A stretch of 28,038 nt of DNA, from contig JBHGNT010000404.1 in the NCBI GenBank assembly GCA_043228905.1, forward strand, positions 1 to 28,038. The letters run 5' to 3'. The translations under genes and the position numbers were made by a program. Below are positions 1 through 12,277 of the stretch, piece by piece. Each line of letters opens with the position of its first letter. The first letter of the stretch is position 1. Below the pieces are notes generated by a model. That model worked only from the letters and a program-made list of their open reading frames with translations, had not been told where the DNA came from and ran no database searches. The stretch is from Azolla caroliniana (lineage: Eukaryota > Plantae > Polypodiophyta).

Positions 1-1599
1 AGTAGTGGTGTGACTCTTGACCTTTGAGTGATCATAGATTCTCAAAGGGTGTGTTCACACGTTGCACTAGGTTGAGCTTGATTCTGAACACATATAAATT
101 CTCACTACATAAAAGAGGGTTCATAATATTTTATGATAATCCTCCAAGTACAACAAATAACAGACTCGAAGTGACAAAGATATGTATCATAATCTATGAG
201 AAAGAAAAGGAGAATGAACATAAAGTATGTTAACAATCTAGAGATAAAAAACTCACACTACATCAAGAGAGATATTCTAAGGCTATCCTATTCTCAAGCC
301 TTCCACACTCATACTTATATACAATAGGGGGCTTTTGTTAGTGCTTGCATGTAACTTGCCACATGTCGCACATGTAACACTTCAACCACATTCCTTTGCA
401 TGAAACCGATAGGTCTTCCATTTTGGGTATGCAGAAGGTTGAGTCTATCCACAACCCCTTCTAGACATTTGTAGCACGTCGAGCAAGCTTTTCAAAGAAT
501 GTTTATTTATTGAAATCCAAAACTCCCTTGAAATATTATGGCCAAAACATTGACTATCTATTGTAAACACACTCTTTGACTATGTCACACCAATTCACCT
601 TGATTCTTCAAATCTACCTTCGACTAAAGCATCCATTATCATGCCTAATGTGTCATATCCAAGTTATATCCATATTTTACTATCTTTTAGCCAATTTGTT
701 GAGCACAAGTATGTACAACACGACAACATCACCTCTTGTCGTTGTTGGTGTTACACACCCTCTTGATTCGCAATCTCGTGCCCATTTAGAATTCGAGGAG
801 TGCTTCTTCCTTCATCCAAACACTTCTACCCCTTGTAATGAACTCTCCTCGGTTGGTAGAAGTGTCCACCCATTTGTTTATTCCCTTGACTTCCACTTGA
901 TCTTCTATAGTCCAAACAACACTCACACAAGACCTTCTATCCCAAGAGTAAGCTCTTATCAATTACACTATACCTTTTTGTTGTATTACTTTCATCTCAT
1001 TCTCTCTCCTTCTTATCATACATTTGCCCTATCCTTCAAGCACTTTCTTGTTAGGCTAACATCTTCGTCTAGGAAGAGACACAACAAGTTTGAATGAAGA
1101 GGGAACAATATATTTATTGATAAGTTTGAAATGGTTATTTAATTATCGCATATAAACATGAACCGTGTTAGAGAATAGAAATCTTTAGTACACCAACCAT
1201 TCCCATTTGTGGAAGAGTATATGATTTAGTCATTCACATTCATGGAAGAGTGTCATATAAGTCGATGATTCAATCCGTCATTCAATTATAAAATGTTAGG
1301 AAGGCATGTTCACTAAAGTTTGTGGTAAAATCTTGTTATTCTCTATGCTAAGTTTGTGGTAAAATCTTATTTTTTACCAAAACCTATTATGTAGTCAAAT
1401 ATATTTTAAATCACTTGAGAATCACTTCTTATTTATGCATACTAATGAATGGATATCCTTGCAATAAATAACAATAATAATTTCAAACTTGTTTGAAAAT
1501 GAATAGCATATTTTCTCTACCGAATCTTGATATTATATCGAGTGGGTTCTATTTAACAATAGTTATATGTTATCTAATTCATCGATGTAACATGGTCAC

Positions 1600-1860
1600 G
1601 CGTACATACATACACATACATAAGTACGCCTAATACACAAACACAAACACATCCACATACACACATATTATACACATACACATACAAAATAGCCCCAAAC
1701 AAATCTATAGATTCACAACTATACAAAACAATATATCAACTATTAAAAATAAAATAAAAAAATGTACTCATGCATGGGAACATGCACTTGCACTTGCATT
1801 TACACTTACACATAGACATAAATATGTCATACTCAAACACATGCATCACACAAATACATC
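1600..1860. repeat. Degenerate (CA/ACAT)n low-complexity tract
   Basis: Runs of ACATAC/ACAC seen directly; a similar tract occurs at about 5040-5310. Confidence 0.55.
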
Positions 1861-2356
1861 ATTATTCTCCTCTAGTGATTGAAACTTTATTGGTGTGTTC
1901 AATAGCTAGAAGAATATTGACTTCTGCATTTGTGAGTGTTATCTTCATTCAAATATGCACTCCCATATACACATGTCATTAGTCTACTCTGAAATAGAGT
2001 TTGGGAATCTCGAATAACCCAAAATAATTGCATCAATTCACAATTTGAATGGTCAATATCTAGAAGAAGAAAAACCTTGATACATAGACTATTCAAAATT
2101 CAATCACGAGAAACGAAGGTACAAAGAAGGTACAAAAATGACACAAAATAGTACAAATGATTCTAGGCATGATTTGGTTTATAGAAGGCGTGGCGAACAA
2201 ATATATCTATCAAAACCGAAAGGTCAAAGAAAAAATATAATCTTTGTATTAGGTTGTAAAGAGTATTGATATATAATGTAAGGATCACAAAGATTTAAGC
2301 CATCCCTATTCAAACCTTCAAAGCTCAACCTCTTCTTCTAATTTAATAATTTCATT

Positions 2357-2860
2357 ATGGGCGTACCCTGGTACATAAATCTTATGAAATGGATCATAAA
2401 AGCCCCTAAATCATACCCCTCTAGACATCCAATATTCCCATTAATAACCTCGCAAGATGACTTATACACACCATTCATATGTAGTACTGCTAATATTACT
2501 ACCCCAAAGTGTCAATCTTATCAATCTAGCTCATCCTTATGTGGATCTTATACTTCTCATTTAACTCCATTTGGATCTTGGACTAATTCTAGTTCAACAA
2601 CATCATGTGATCATGCATATGATCCTATGCTATATTCTCAATGTGCTCCTAAAGGTTACCTTCCTGTTCGAATCTCTAACTCAAATTCACATTATTATCT
2701 AGTGAAAATTGACCACCTATATCATCCCCTCCTTGCTCACCTCCTCCATGAAACAGCCCTTGAATTTGGCTATTCTCAACATGGCACTCTTCAAGTTTCA
2801 TGTGATCCTGTCACATTTGAAACTATCTTGGAGATCTTAAATTCTTCGTGCCATAGATGA
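2357..2860 (+). CDS. SAUR: SAUR (small auxin-up RNA) / auxin-inducible family protein, intronless, 167 aa
   Basis: C-terminal PKGYLPVRI...YLVKIDHLYHPLLAHLLHETALEFGYSQHGTLQVSCDPVTFETIL matches the SAUR core (PKG..VYV...L.HP.F..LL..A.EEFG....G.L.IPC....F). ATG to TGA is uninterrupted; long S/T/C-rich N-terminus. Confidence 0.9.
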   Translation: MGVPWYINLMKWIIKAPKSYPSRHPIFPLITSQDDLYTPFICSTANITTPKCQSYQSSSSLCGSYTSHLTPFGSWTNSSSTTSCDHAYDPMLYSQCAPKGYLPVRISNSNSHYYLVKIDHLYHPLLAHLLHETALEFGYSQHGTLQVSCDPVTFETILEILNSSCHR

Positions 2861-3829
2861 CATTCCACCTTCATGATTAGATTGGCTCCTTATGATCAAC
2901 TTATTATATCCTCTTATTCTCTTTGTGCAATTTTGAATCCAACTTCACAAAAAAAAATTGAATTCAATTTAGTTCCCTTAAATTTGCTACTTCAAAATTC
3001 AGTTGATATATACCACCACCACCGCACTCCTTTTTTTAGGATCAACGATAGGGCTAAATTTGCATGAATGATATGATGATAGCACACTATTAATAAGAGG
3101 AGTGAGCAATTATGAAATGTGCTAGTTCTCTCTAGTCCTTGTCTCCAACTATTTAATAGATATTTATCATCTTGCTCGTGATAAATACAATTATACTTCT
3201 CTTCACATTAATATCTCATTAGCACTTATGCATCATAAGGACATAGTTGACAATGGTGGTATCTCCTGCCGAAATGGCTTTTCCCATCGAGGACTCCCCC
3301 CATGCGACATCCCCACCATGTCCTTGGATTGTAGAAGGATCCCTGTAGTTTAGAGTTAATCGAAGCCACGGAGCTCTATATGAGGCCTGGCCCTTATACA
3401 CATGATACCTCCTGTATTTCTTCCTAACTATGGGTAGCATACTTTTATGGACAAAAAAGAGGACACATTTGAACATATGCGATGATTTATTAGCAATATG
3501 ATATGTGCATACCCAATCTTAATTATATATATACTATTTCTTTTATTTCTATTTGACACTAAACTTAAAGTCACTTCCTTTAGTACTTGAGTATACAAAG
3601 ACATGAAATCACAAGTTTTCTCATTTTCTCTATCCTATGGGACATGAGTACACAAGTTTTCTTAATGTGGCTCACTTTCTTAAGAAGGGATATTCATACT
3701 TCAAGCAAAAATATTTACTTGTGAATAAGGCATACCCATATGAGCTTAAGCTATCATACCCCCTCTTAAATGTTATCACAACTTTCATGAAAAAGTTATG
3801 TAAAAATCAAGGTTGAATACAAGAATTAG

Positions 3830-4440
3830 TTGCTAATGAGATAAAGTTGAATATAATCAGTAGAACATTCTTGCCTTATATTAAACGTAACATTTAGACT
3901 TGATGTTTGCAAACATAATATTCTAGTTTTGTCCTTTTTTGTGTCATCTTTCCACTTTTTCCGTAGTATTTCCATCAACCTTTCCTCGATAACTACATAT
4001 TGCATAACATTCCTTGCAAGCTCAAAGAGATCTTCCACACCCCATATTTTGATGCCATTAACCCAATTAGATGATAGAATTTTTTTCTTGTGATTCTTTT
4101 GTAGCGTACAATCAACATTCTAAGCAAGATGTAATAATCTATGATTTGAGACATTCTTGACTTGCGTAATGTATCTATATACTTTTTGGTGTGCCGATTT
4201 CTCTATGGGTCAAACACATGTTTCCAAGATCAGAACTTGGTGGGGCGATGGTGTATTTAACTCCCAATGCCTCCTTCAAATCATCTTTTTAATATTCTCA
4301 ATCTCATCCTATGTACTAAGAGAGATAATGCCCATACTTCTACTCCATAAAGCAAAAACTTGAGTTTTTTACATGGTGTTAAATAACATTAGTTTTACTT
4401 CCCATTGATGTGTATCACTTTGCTTGCACTGATTTCCCAA
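3830..4440 (-). pseudogene. Degenerate non-LTR retrotransposon (LINE) ORF remnant, region downstream of the RT domain
   Basis: Frame-hopping minus-strand translation gives NQCKQSDTHQWEVKLMLFNTM..QVLLYGVEVW..ISLST*DEIENIKKM...VLILET...KVYRYITQVKNVSNHRLLHLA*NV, resembling the LLYG.E.W / RLP post-RT region of LINEs. Many stops and frameshifts; boundaries approximate. Confidence 0.55.
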
Positions 4441-6173
4441 CATAAAATAACTTTTCTAACCAACTTGGAGCCTCGAAGGAAGGAAAGCATACACTCCATT
4501 TATATGTGGTGGGTACATCAACACCAAAGTAATTAAATCTTTGCACAAATTGTACATGTTCTCCCTAAGATGTAAGTGTAGGGTGTTAGTGCGGTTTGAT
4601 GGTTAGCACGACCATCGTTTTTTGTTTTATCCATATTCACGGTTAGTCCACTACTTTGGCAAATGCTTGTAATGCTCCAAGTAAAAGATGCATACAACTA
4701 TTTTTTTAACCTTATTTCTTCTTTATTATATTAAACTCTTTCACCATATGTAAAGGGGTTTCCTATTGTACAAGTAGATTCAAAATAGATTTTTGTACCC
4801 ATCTCAAATTTATTGTAATATGTAGGAAATATAACCACCTAACTATTTTAATCTTTATGTACGTCAAAATAATTGAAATTTTCTTGGTGATTTGGATCAA
4901 ACAAGGACGATGACATATTTTTCGGCTCGCAAGAAAAGTTGTTTAAATACCTCTAAGTTTTGAATAAAAAGAAATAAAGATATAAATATTATTATCTAGA
5001 GTATGCCTCTTTCTTTGCAACAACATTTAAGCATAAATATGCACTACACCTACCTACTCACTAAATCACTCACACTTACGTACATATATGTATGCACATC
5101 ATTTTATATATTTGCACATATACATACATATGCATGCTAACATATGAGCACTCACAAACTCTTACACGTAAACTTACATATACACATACAAGCACCCCCA
5201 AACTCTTAGACATAAACTTTTAGAAGCAAACCATTATACACCTATAATCACAAATATACTTGTATATATAATCACAAATACACACCTATTGTTCTCATAC
5301 ATCTATAATATATATTCATGAGTCATAACCACATAGAAAAGACTATAAGTGTGCACACACTTTTGCACCTTCTTGGGCACACACATGTCGCATACTCTCC
5401 CATATTATTTTACAAGGACCCACTCATCAAAAAACAAAAATCTACACATCGACACATTTTTATAACACATATAGGGGACTACATCGTGTGTGCCTACAAA
5501 TGCACACATGCAAGTCAAGAAGGGAAGATTTGATCATGCTATAACAACTATCATCTCCCACAACTATTCATTGATGACACCATTGATAACACAATCTTCG
5601 GTGGGCTCAGGCAACATTCACATGCACACATATTCTCGTGGCAACATTCAACTCAAATCAACTATAGTGGTTTGATGCTTTATGAGGAATGTAGCATATG
5701 TCTATATAAAGCTTGTCTTTCCCCAAATTAACCTCTATCCACAAATATTGATTACAATGATCATATTTACATACTTTTATATAAATTCTCAAGGTTTACT
5801 AAGACAATTTATTAGCAAAGCACTGAATGATCAAATAATGATAAAGCTACAAATAACTCAATAGCACATAAAAGATATCCAATACTTGATTTGGTGGCTT
5901 AACTTTTATAGCATATTCCATGTGTACTTGCATAAACGTATACGCCATCATATATTTATGGAAAAGTGAACAAGATATCAGAATTATTCACATTATTTGA
6001 TATTAGGCATCCCTCGTCCATATATTAAAAGGGTTGTCTTTATACAAAGATATCCCAAGGAGTGTATTCACACATGAGGTGTGTAATTGAACGTGATGTC
6101 TCAACATGCCCTTATTTTGTACAATCATGGATCAATGAGCTTGGATTCCCTAGTAATGACATATGTCTTCATG

Positions 6174-6490
6174 CACTTCCTCTTAGCTTCTAAGAATCAA
6201 GTGGAAAATGTAAACTATTGTCAAAATGTGTATGAGTTTGTTTGGTCCAAGCACTGTGGTGAAAATATCCATTTTCTAGTGATTGTTCTAATTATGTTTG
6301 AGGTTGATGTCTCTTGACAAAATTCAGGCTTAGATACAATGATAATGAACATCAGCGTGTTTTGTTTGCATATGCAGCACTGGGGTATTTGCCAATTGTA
6401 CGTTTGTCATATTATCACAAAAGATCCAAAAAAATATGTTGATTTGTGTGTTAGCTCAAAGTGTTCACACCGAACATGTCTTTGTGTCAA
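6174..6490 (-). pseudogene. Degenerate Ty1/Copia RNase H C-terminus followed by PPT-like tract
   Basis: Minus strand reads CDNMTNVQLANTPVLHMQTKHADVHYHCI*...DINLK...MDIFTTVLGPNKL (Copia CDN..NPVFH.RTKHI..HYHF...ADIFTKAL motif), then the purine tract GAAGCTAAGAGGAAGTG at 6174-6190. Confidence 0.7.
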
Positions 6491-7689
6491 TTAAGTGATG
6501 TCTCCACATTGAGATCATTTTTTAGGGGAGTTTGGACCCCTTATATCCTATTAATGGAGTCACGAAAGAGCGGTTGTCAAGAACTCTCGAGTTGGTAGCA
6601 TCATGTAAGTAGACTAAGAAAAACACTAACTCAACTCTCTTGAAGTTTATCCGCACCAAGAAGTTTACTAATGCCTTATTAAGGCTTTAGTATTAGACAA
6701 TGTACACAAGTAAAAGAATAAAAACACATAGATTAACCATACTTTAATTAATGAGAATCACCAAATAAAATTGACATTTATAATTTTGTACAAAAAGTCA
6801 TTGGTTCCTTTCACATTCAAGTAACCCTAAGGCTCTAACTTTACCAATACTTCATGTATCTTCCTCTCTTGCTCCCACATTTTTGTCCTTCTTGCTAATG
6901 TGGATATCATTAGTGAGCATGTTATATACCATAGGTACTTAACATCCCCTTGAAACTAGGGAGTGCACACTCTCGGGTATTGAGCCTTGGTTTTTCGTGG
7001 TGAGCTAGGAGAGAGATTGGAAGACATAAAGATCTTTAGGGGAGGGAAGAGAGTGAAAAATGTCAAAGGCATTACCCTTGGGGCTGGAAAGAGGGGTGCG
7101 CATGGTGAAGATGACGAGTGAGAGGTAGTTGATGTGGGGGAGTAGTGAGAGAGTTGAGGGCAATGTATGCATGAGATGCGGCAAATTGAACAGGCAACAA
7201 TAGTTGACATAGAATCTGTTGTTGTTATGTAGGAAGGCTTCACAATTAAAATATACATAGAGGTCATATTAACAAAGCACTATGATAATATTATATTATA
7301 TAAAAAGGTGACAAATGAAACAAAAAAGATATTACATGGACAAAAGATGTTTTACAACCTCCACATTATGAGCCTCAAAGCTTACCATTTAGTCATATGT
7401 TAATGTATAAGTTATTTTATATGAGCTAATATTGTATAGTATAAGCCAAGCAATGTACTACATGTGCACCATATAGCACACATGCAAGAGCTTCTCTACA
7501 CATGCGCCACATAGCTTGCATGCAAGAGCATCCCTTTACTATAAAAGGAGAAGGGGGTGTCCTCATATAGGATATTGAAAAAATAAGTATATTGTAAGAT
7601 ATGTCATGAGAGAGAGAGATACCTTTATTTGGACGTTTGTTGGAAATAGGAGATTGACTATGATCTCAAGAAATGATGCTTACCACAAG

Positions 7690-8244
7690 TTGATTGACAA
7701 ACATAAGTGGACGACAGAGAAGGTTATAAAGATATGGGGTTTTCGTAAGCCCATTACCTAGTGGTTCTTGTGATCAAGGCAAGTTGGTTTTCTCGATTGA
7801 TGTTAGAGCTAAGGTATTAATTTAGAGAGTTATAGTTGGAGCTTTACCATTGGGGGATGCATAAAAAAAAGAAACATTTTTAGAGGAACATGTTTCTTTT
7901 GTTTGGTGGAATTGGAACATAGTCGTCATCAATTTCTTTCATGCAAGATGGTCATGATGGAGGTGTATCAATTTAGTGTGGATGTCTCTAACCAAAGTAA
8001 ACCTATCTTGCTTTAGTTGGGTTTTTGCACATATTGAGAACAATATTTACCCATACCTCATTTCTAAATTATTTTTGAGTTCTTGAGGTATTGGGGGTAA
8101 TGGTTCAATTGGAATATGCGAAATTCCTTCACTTTTGATTCGCAAGTTGGGGTGAGAAAATATGTTGTAAAGTTAAAAGAATTCTTTTGTGGCAATTGAT
8201 AGTGCTAGAGAAATCACGAAACCTCAACTATGAAGAGAGAGAAC
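7690..8244 (+). pseudogene. L1-like LINE ORF2 3' remnant with zf-RVT zinc finger
   Basis: Reads RAKVLI*RVIVGALPLG (7805), then CFFCLVELEHSRHQFLSC (CX2CX8HX4C, 7891-7944), then WFNWNMRNSFTF (8101; W.IW..RN motif), with stops and frameshifts. The chromovirus inserted at its right end. Confidence 0.65.
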
Positions 8245-8249
8245 TCTAC

Positions 8250-8684
8250 TGTCAGGAACAGTACTAAGACAGAGAAGGAATTAGTACTAAATGAAGGATT
8301 AGTACTATGAGAGGTGTAGAACTTCTTTGAGAGAAGGAAGAAGTGAGCGAGACGGAGAGAAAGAGAGAGATCGAGCGAGGGAGAGAGTGATGATAAGAAA
8401 GATATGTATTATGTGAAGAGAATATACAATGGTGGCTAAAAGGCTTAAGACTAGCGTTGAACCAATTTGGTTCAACATAATGCCTAGTGCCCGCTTTTAT
8501 AGTGTTTTCAGGAGTAACCATGAAGTTCTAGAATGTTCCAGAGAAATCTAGAATATACATTAATTTCCTATAATAAAATGAAAATGAAAATAATATCTTA
8601 CGTATTACAATAGATGATATAATGGTCAAGAGCTCAACCCATATAACCTAAGGTCATGGGTTCGAGTCTTGCCATATCATGACA
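8250..8684 (-). repeat. 3' LTR of outer chromovirus (435 bp)
   Basis: Direct repeat of 23368-23803 with about 14 substitutions and 1 indel counted by eye; termini TGTCA...TGACA. Confidence 0.95.
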
Positions 8685-11600
8685 CTATCCCCGCTTTAAA
8701 ACGACAAGTGTCACGAGTCGTCTTGGATTGAGGACTCGGTTTGTGTGGATATTGACGATGGAAGTCTTCAAGAAGAGCACGAGCATTGGTCACATTCTCG
8801 ATCGGTTCCCAAGTACGTTCGTTGGGACTATAGCCTAGCCAATCGACTAGATAGTAGAGCTTGTTGCGAACAATCTTGGAATCAAGGATGGCGGCAACCT
8901 CGTACTCCGGCCCATCTTCAAGCTCGATCGGGGGTGGAGGTTGTATAAGACGTCCTGGGATGGTGCTCTTGTGATAGGGTTCGAGGAGAGAACTATGAAA
9001 CACCGGATGTATCCGAAGTTGAGGAGGTAGATCGAGACGAAAAACGACATCATTAATCTTTCTGATAATACGGAAAGGACCTAATCGCCGATAATCCAAC
9101 TTCTCACATGGGCGAGTAGTCTTGATGTGTCATCATAGCAGCCACACCCAATCTCCAATATTAAAACTGGATGGAAGTTGATGACGATCCGCGTAGACCT
9201 TGTGTGTTTGTTGAGCTTGTTGGAGATGAGTAGATAAATCCGCTTGTATCTTGCGTAACCGCTCCAAACGATCCTCCGCGCACGGATTTGTGGACGCCTC
9301 TGGGGTTTCAAGTACACTCCACCGGGGGTGACATCCCGTATAAGCATAAAATGGCGTAACTTTAGTGGATGCATGGATAGAGTTGTTATAGGCAAATTTG
9401 GCGAAGTGGAGAATATCTGCCCAGTTATCCTGATGATAGCTGAGAAAGCACCGCAGATACTGCTCTAGCGTTTGATTTGTTTGTTCGGCTTGGCCATCGG
9501 TTTGTGGGTGGTAGCCGTAGGAGAGGTTACAAGTGACCTTGATCATGTTAAAAAGGTGCTTCCAGAATTTTGACACGAACTGGGGTCCACGGTCGCTGAT
9601 GATACTATCGGGAAGTCCATGATGTCGACATACTTCACGCGTGACAATTTTGGCAGTGTCTTCACTGGAGATCTCCTTAGTACATGGCAAGAAATGAGCC
9701 ATCTTCGTATATCGATCGACCACCGTTAGAATCGCATTGAACCCCTTAGAGACTGGAAGATCTGTGATGAAGTCTAGAGCAATAGATTGCCACGGCTTGC
9801 TTGGAATTGGTAATGGTTCTAATAAACCATATGGATGATGCCTTGGCATTTTCGCTCTGCAGCATGTATCACAAGTCCGAACAAAATCCTCGACAAATTG
9901 TCGCATACAGGGCCACCAGAATGATCGTTGTACTAAATCTAATGTTTTAGTACTACCAAAATGCCCAGCTGTATATGTGTCATGACAGTTTTGTACTACT
10001 CGAAGGCGGCAAGAACCATTAGGAACATACAAAAGTTCTTTAAAGAAGAGTAATCCATCATGGTATTTGAATTGCCGATAGTCCGTACCTGGTGGTTGCG
10101 ACTGTGAACACGATGCTCGAGAGGGATCAATTTGTGCTAGTATAGCTTGGGCGAACACATCTGTCTTCAAGTCTTCACATATGGTATCGATAACGTGGGA
10201 ATCCATGGGCATGTCAAAGATCTGTGTTGCTTGTAGTCGTGCCGGTCCCAAGATGACTTGTTTTTGGTTATCGAAAGCTAGCTTGCCGGGACGGGGTGCT
10301 AGATACGAATGCCGTGATAATGCATCTGCCTTCCCTTGGTGCTTCCCCGAACGATATGTAATTTTGAAGTCAAAACGCGTGAGGAAGTGGGCCCACCGAG
10401 CTTGACGTCGATTCAACACACGAGCATCCTAAAAGTAGGCAAGGTTCTTGTGGTCACTAAATACAGTGGCTAGATGAGAGGATCCCTCCAGAAAATGACT
10501 CCATTCCATAAAAGAATCCACTATTGCCAATAGCTCCTTATCATGAATTTCGTAGTTGATTTCGGCGGCGTCAAACTTGCGTGAGTGAAAAGCCACAGGA
10601 TGTAGCTTCTCATCATTCCCCTGTTGTGACAGAATGCTCCCCAATGCAAAATCCGATGCGTCAGCTTCGATAATGAATGGTTTTTCCGGATCGACATGAG
10701 CTAGAATTGGAGCCGATGTAAATGCCTTTTTAAGATTCTCGAAAGCCATTTCCGTTCCTTCAGACCAGATGAACGGTTGTCCCTTCCTAGTGACTTGTGT
10801 GAGAGGTAGAACGATCTTTGAGTAATCTTGTATGATCTTTCGGTAAAAATTGGCATAACCTAGGAATCATTGCACATCCCGCATCGAACGCGGAGTCTGC
10901 CATTCTACCACTGTTTTGACCTTAGCTGAGTCCATGGAGATGCCTTTTGACGAAATGATGTAGCCGAGAAATTCCACTTGGTTGCACCCGAAACTACATT
11001 TTTCCAGCTTTGCATACAGACCATGTTCTCGAAGTCATTTTAGTACTAATAGTACATGAGAATCATGTTCTTCTTGGGTCTTTGAATAAACCAGTAGATC
11101 ATCCAAATAGATGATCAAACAATCATCCAATAGATCTCGGAATATATCATTAGCCATGTGCTGTAAGACTGTCGGCGCGTTAGTGAGGCCGAACGGCATG
11201 ATCGTATACTCGAAGTGCCCATATCTTGTGCGAAACGCGGTCTTCCATTCGTCTCCTGGTCGGATCCGTACGAGGTTATATGCTCCCCGTAAGTCGATCT
11301 TCGTGAAGAACCTAGCACCATTGATCTATTCTAAAAGACTTGAGATAAGGGGAAGAGCATACCTATTCCTGATTGTAACCTTATTCAAGCCACGGTAATC
11401 TACAAGGAGACGAAGCAATCCATCCTTTTTCTTGACGAAGAAAATGGGCGCGACGGCTGGAGATTTCGAATGCCGAATGAAACCATTTTCCAAATTCTCC
11501 TCTATATAGGCCCGAAGGACTTCCAGCTCGGTTGGTGACAAATTGTAGATCGGTCCCCATGGAGGCTCTTTTCCCGGTTGTAAATCGATGGGGCAATCGT

Positions 11601-11806
11601 ATGGTCGATGATGAAGAAGTGTGTTGGTTTGTACTTTATCGAACACATCGGCGTAATGACGATACTTCTCAGGAAGTTGAACGGTGGATTCTTCTTTAGT
11701 GGTGCTGGAGGGGTTTACTGATATTGCAAAGAGGAACATTTCCTCCTTGCGCCCTTCTTTACGCAACTGACATAGCGAAATGGTTGCCATCTTCTGAGTT
11801 GACCCT
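8677..11806 (-). pseudogene. pol: Outer chromovirus pol, 3' part: RT, RNase H, integrase, chromodomain (single frame with nonsense mutations)
   Basis: RT ([14 protein letters not shown] near 11100), RNase H (EADASDFALG, DHKNL), integrase (HHCC; LDFITDLP, SDRGPQF, DGQAEQ), GPF motif and chromodomain [11 protein letters not shown]...YLVDWLGY...TWEP. In-frame stops at 11326, 11035, 10867, 10429 and 9133; the natural stop lies inside the 3' LTR. Confidence 0.92.
8685..8698 (-). other. Polypurine tract of outer chromovirus
   Basis: Minus strand (T)AAAGCGGGGATAG directly abuts the 3' LTR. Confidence 0.8.
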
Positions 11807-12226
11807 TGTTACCGGCCGGCAAGGAGTCCAAAATACGGAGTGAAGGAATTAATTAGATATGGTTGTAAATGAGCAAAGTGTGGACGGACGGACTGGAAAC
11901 GGTATGCCGTTCCAGATCCGGACGGATCCCGAATAGGTGCGAGAGGCACCGTTTTGTACTACGGGCCGGAAACCTATTTAAAGGCCCGGACCCTATTGTA
12001 ATGACAGCGGATAATTAGTAGAGCTTATGTTGTTTATACTTCTGTCTTGATTTCCGTTCTGTAATCACTGTTATATCTTACGCGTGTAATTAACCAAAGC
12101 AATCTAATCGTGTAACCTACGTAAGTCGGTGTAATCGTTGAATCTTAATCCTATGCCGTAATCACCCTTTGGTGAAGTGTCTCCGTGACACCTTGTGTTA
12201 GGCCTTGTCCGGCTAAGAGAATAACA
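11807..12226 (+). repeat. 5' LTR of inner element (420 bp)
   Basis: Identical to 21277-21696 except A/T at LTR position 16; TATA-like TATTTAAA at 11975-11982. Confidence 0.97.
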
Positions 12227-12232
12227 CAGTTT

Positions 12233-12244
12233 TGGTGACCACGA
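12233..12244 (+). other. Primer-binding site of inner element (TGGTGACCACGA), probably tRNA-Arg type
   Basis: TGG-initiated motif after a 6-nt spacer (CAGTTT) following the 5' LTR. It resembles the complement of tRNA-Arg(UCG)-type acceptor ends (TGGCGACCAC); tRNA identity is from memory. Confidence 0.7.
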
Positions 12245-12277
12245 TTCCTGCTTTCTCGCAGCGAACGACGGTAATGG

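Noticed and set aside
228-1097. Possible old LTR (TGTTAACA...TGTAAACA, 228-568) and the 173-aa ORF 576-1097
   Set aside because: No TSD, partner LTR or protein motif found; probably decayed TE but not supportable.
1316-1368. 19-bp direct repeat AAGTTTGTGGTAAAATCTT
   Set aside because: Two copies only; an ordinary local duplication, not an array.
2830-2900. SAUR DST mRNA-instability element (GGAG...CATAGAT)
   Set aside because: It overlaps the CDS end, the spacing is wrong and the GTA subdomain is missing.
3140-3145. TGTCTC auxin-response element near SAUR
   Set aside because: A single hexamer downstream of the gene, expected by chance.
3219-3476. GC-richer patch with an 85-aa ORF and TGGTATC (PBS-Met-like)
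   Set aside because: Only a 7-nt match, with no adjacent LTR or recognisable protein.
7340-7640. LTR-like segment with CATGCAAGAGC repeats, TATAAAAGG and (GA)n
   Set aside because: Termini and TSD could not be defined.
8264-8521. ORFs within LTRs (8264-8521, 23382-23660, 25699-26079)
   Set aside because: Incidental frames across CT/GA-rich LTR sequence.
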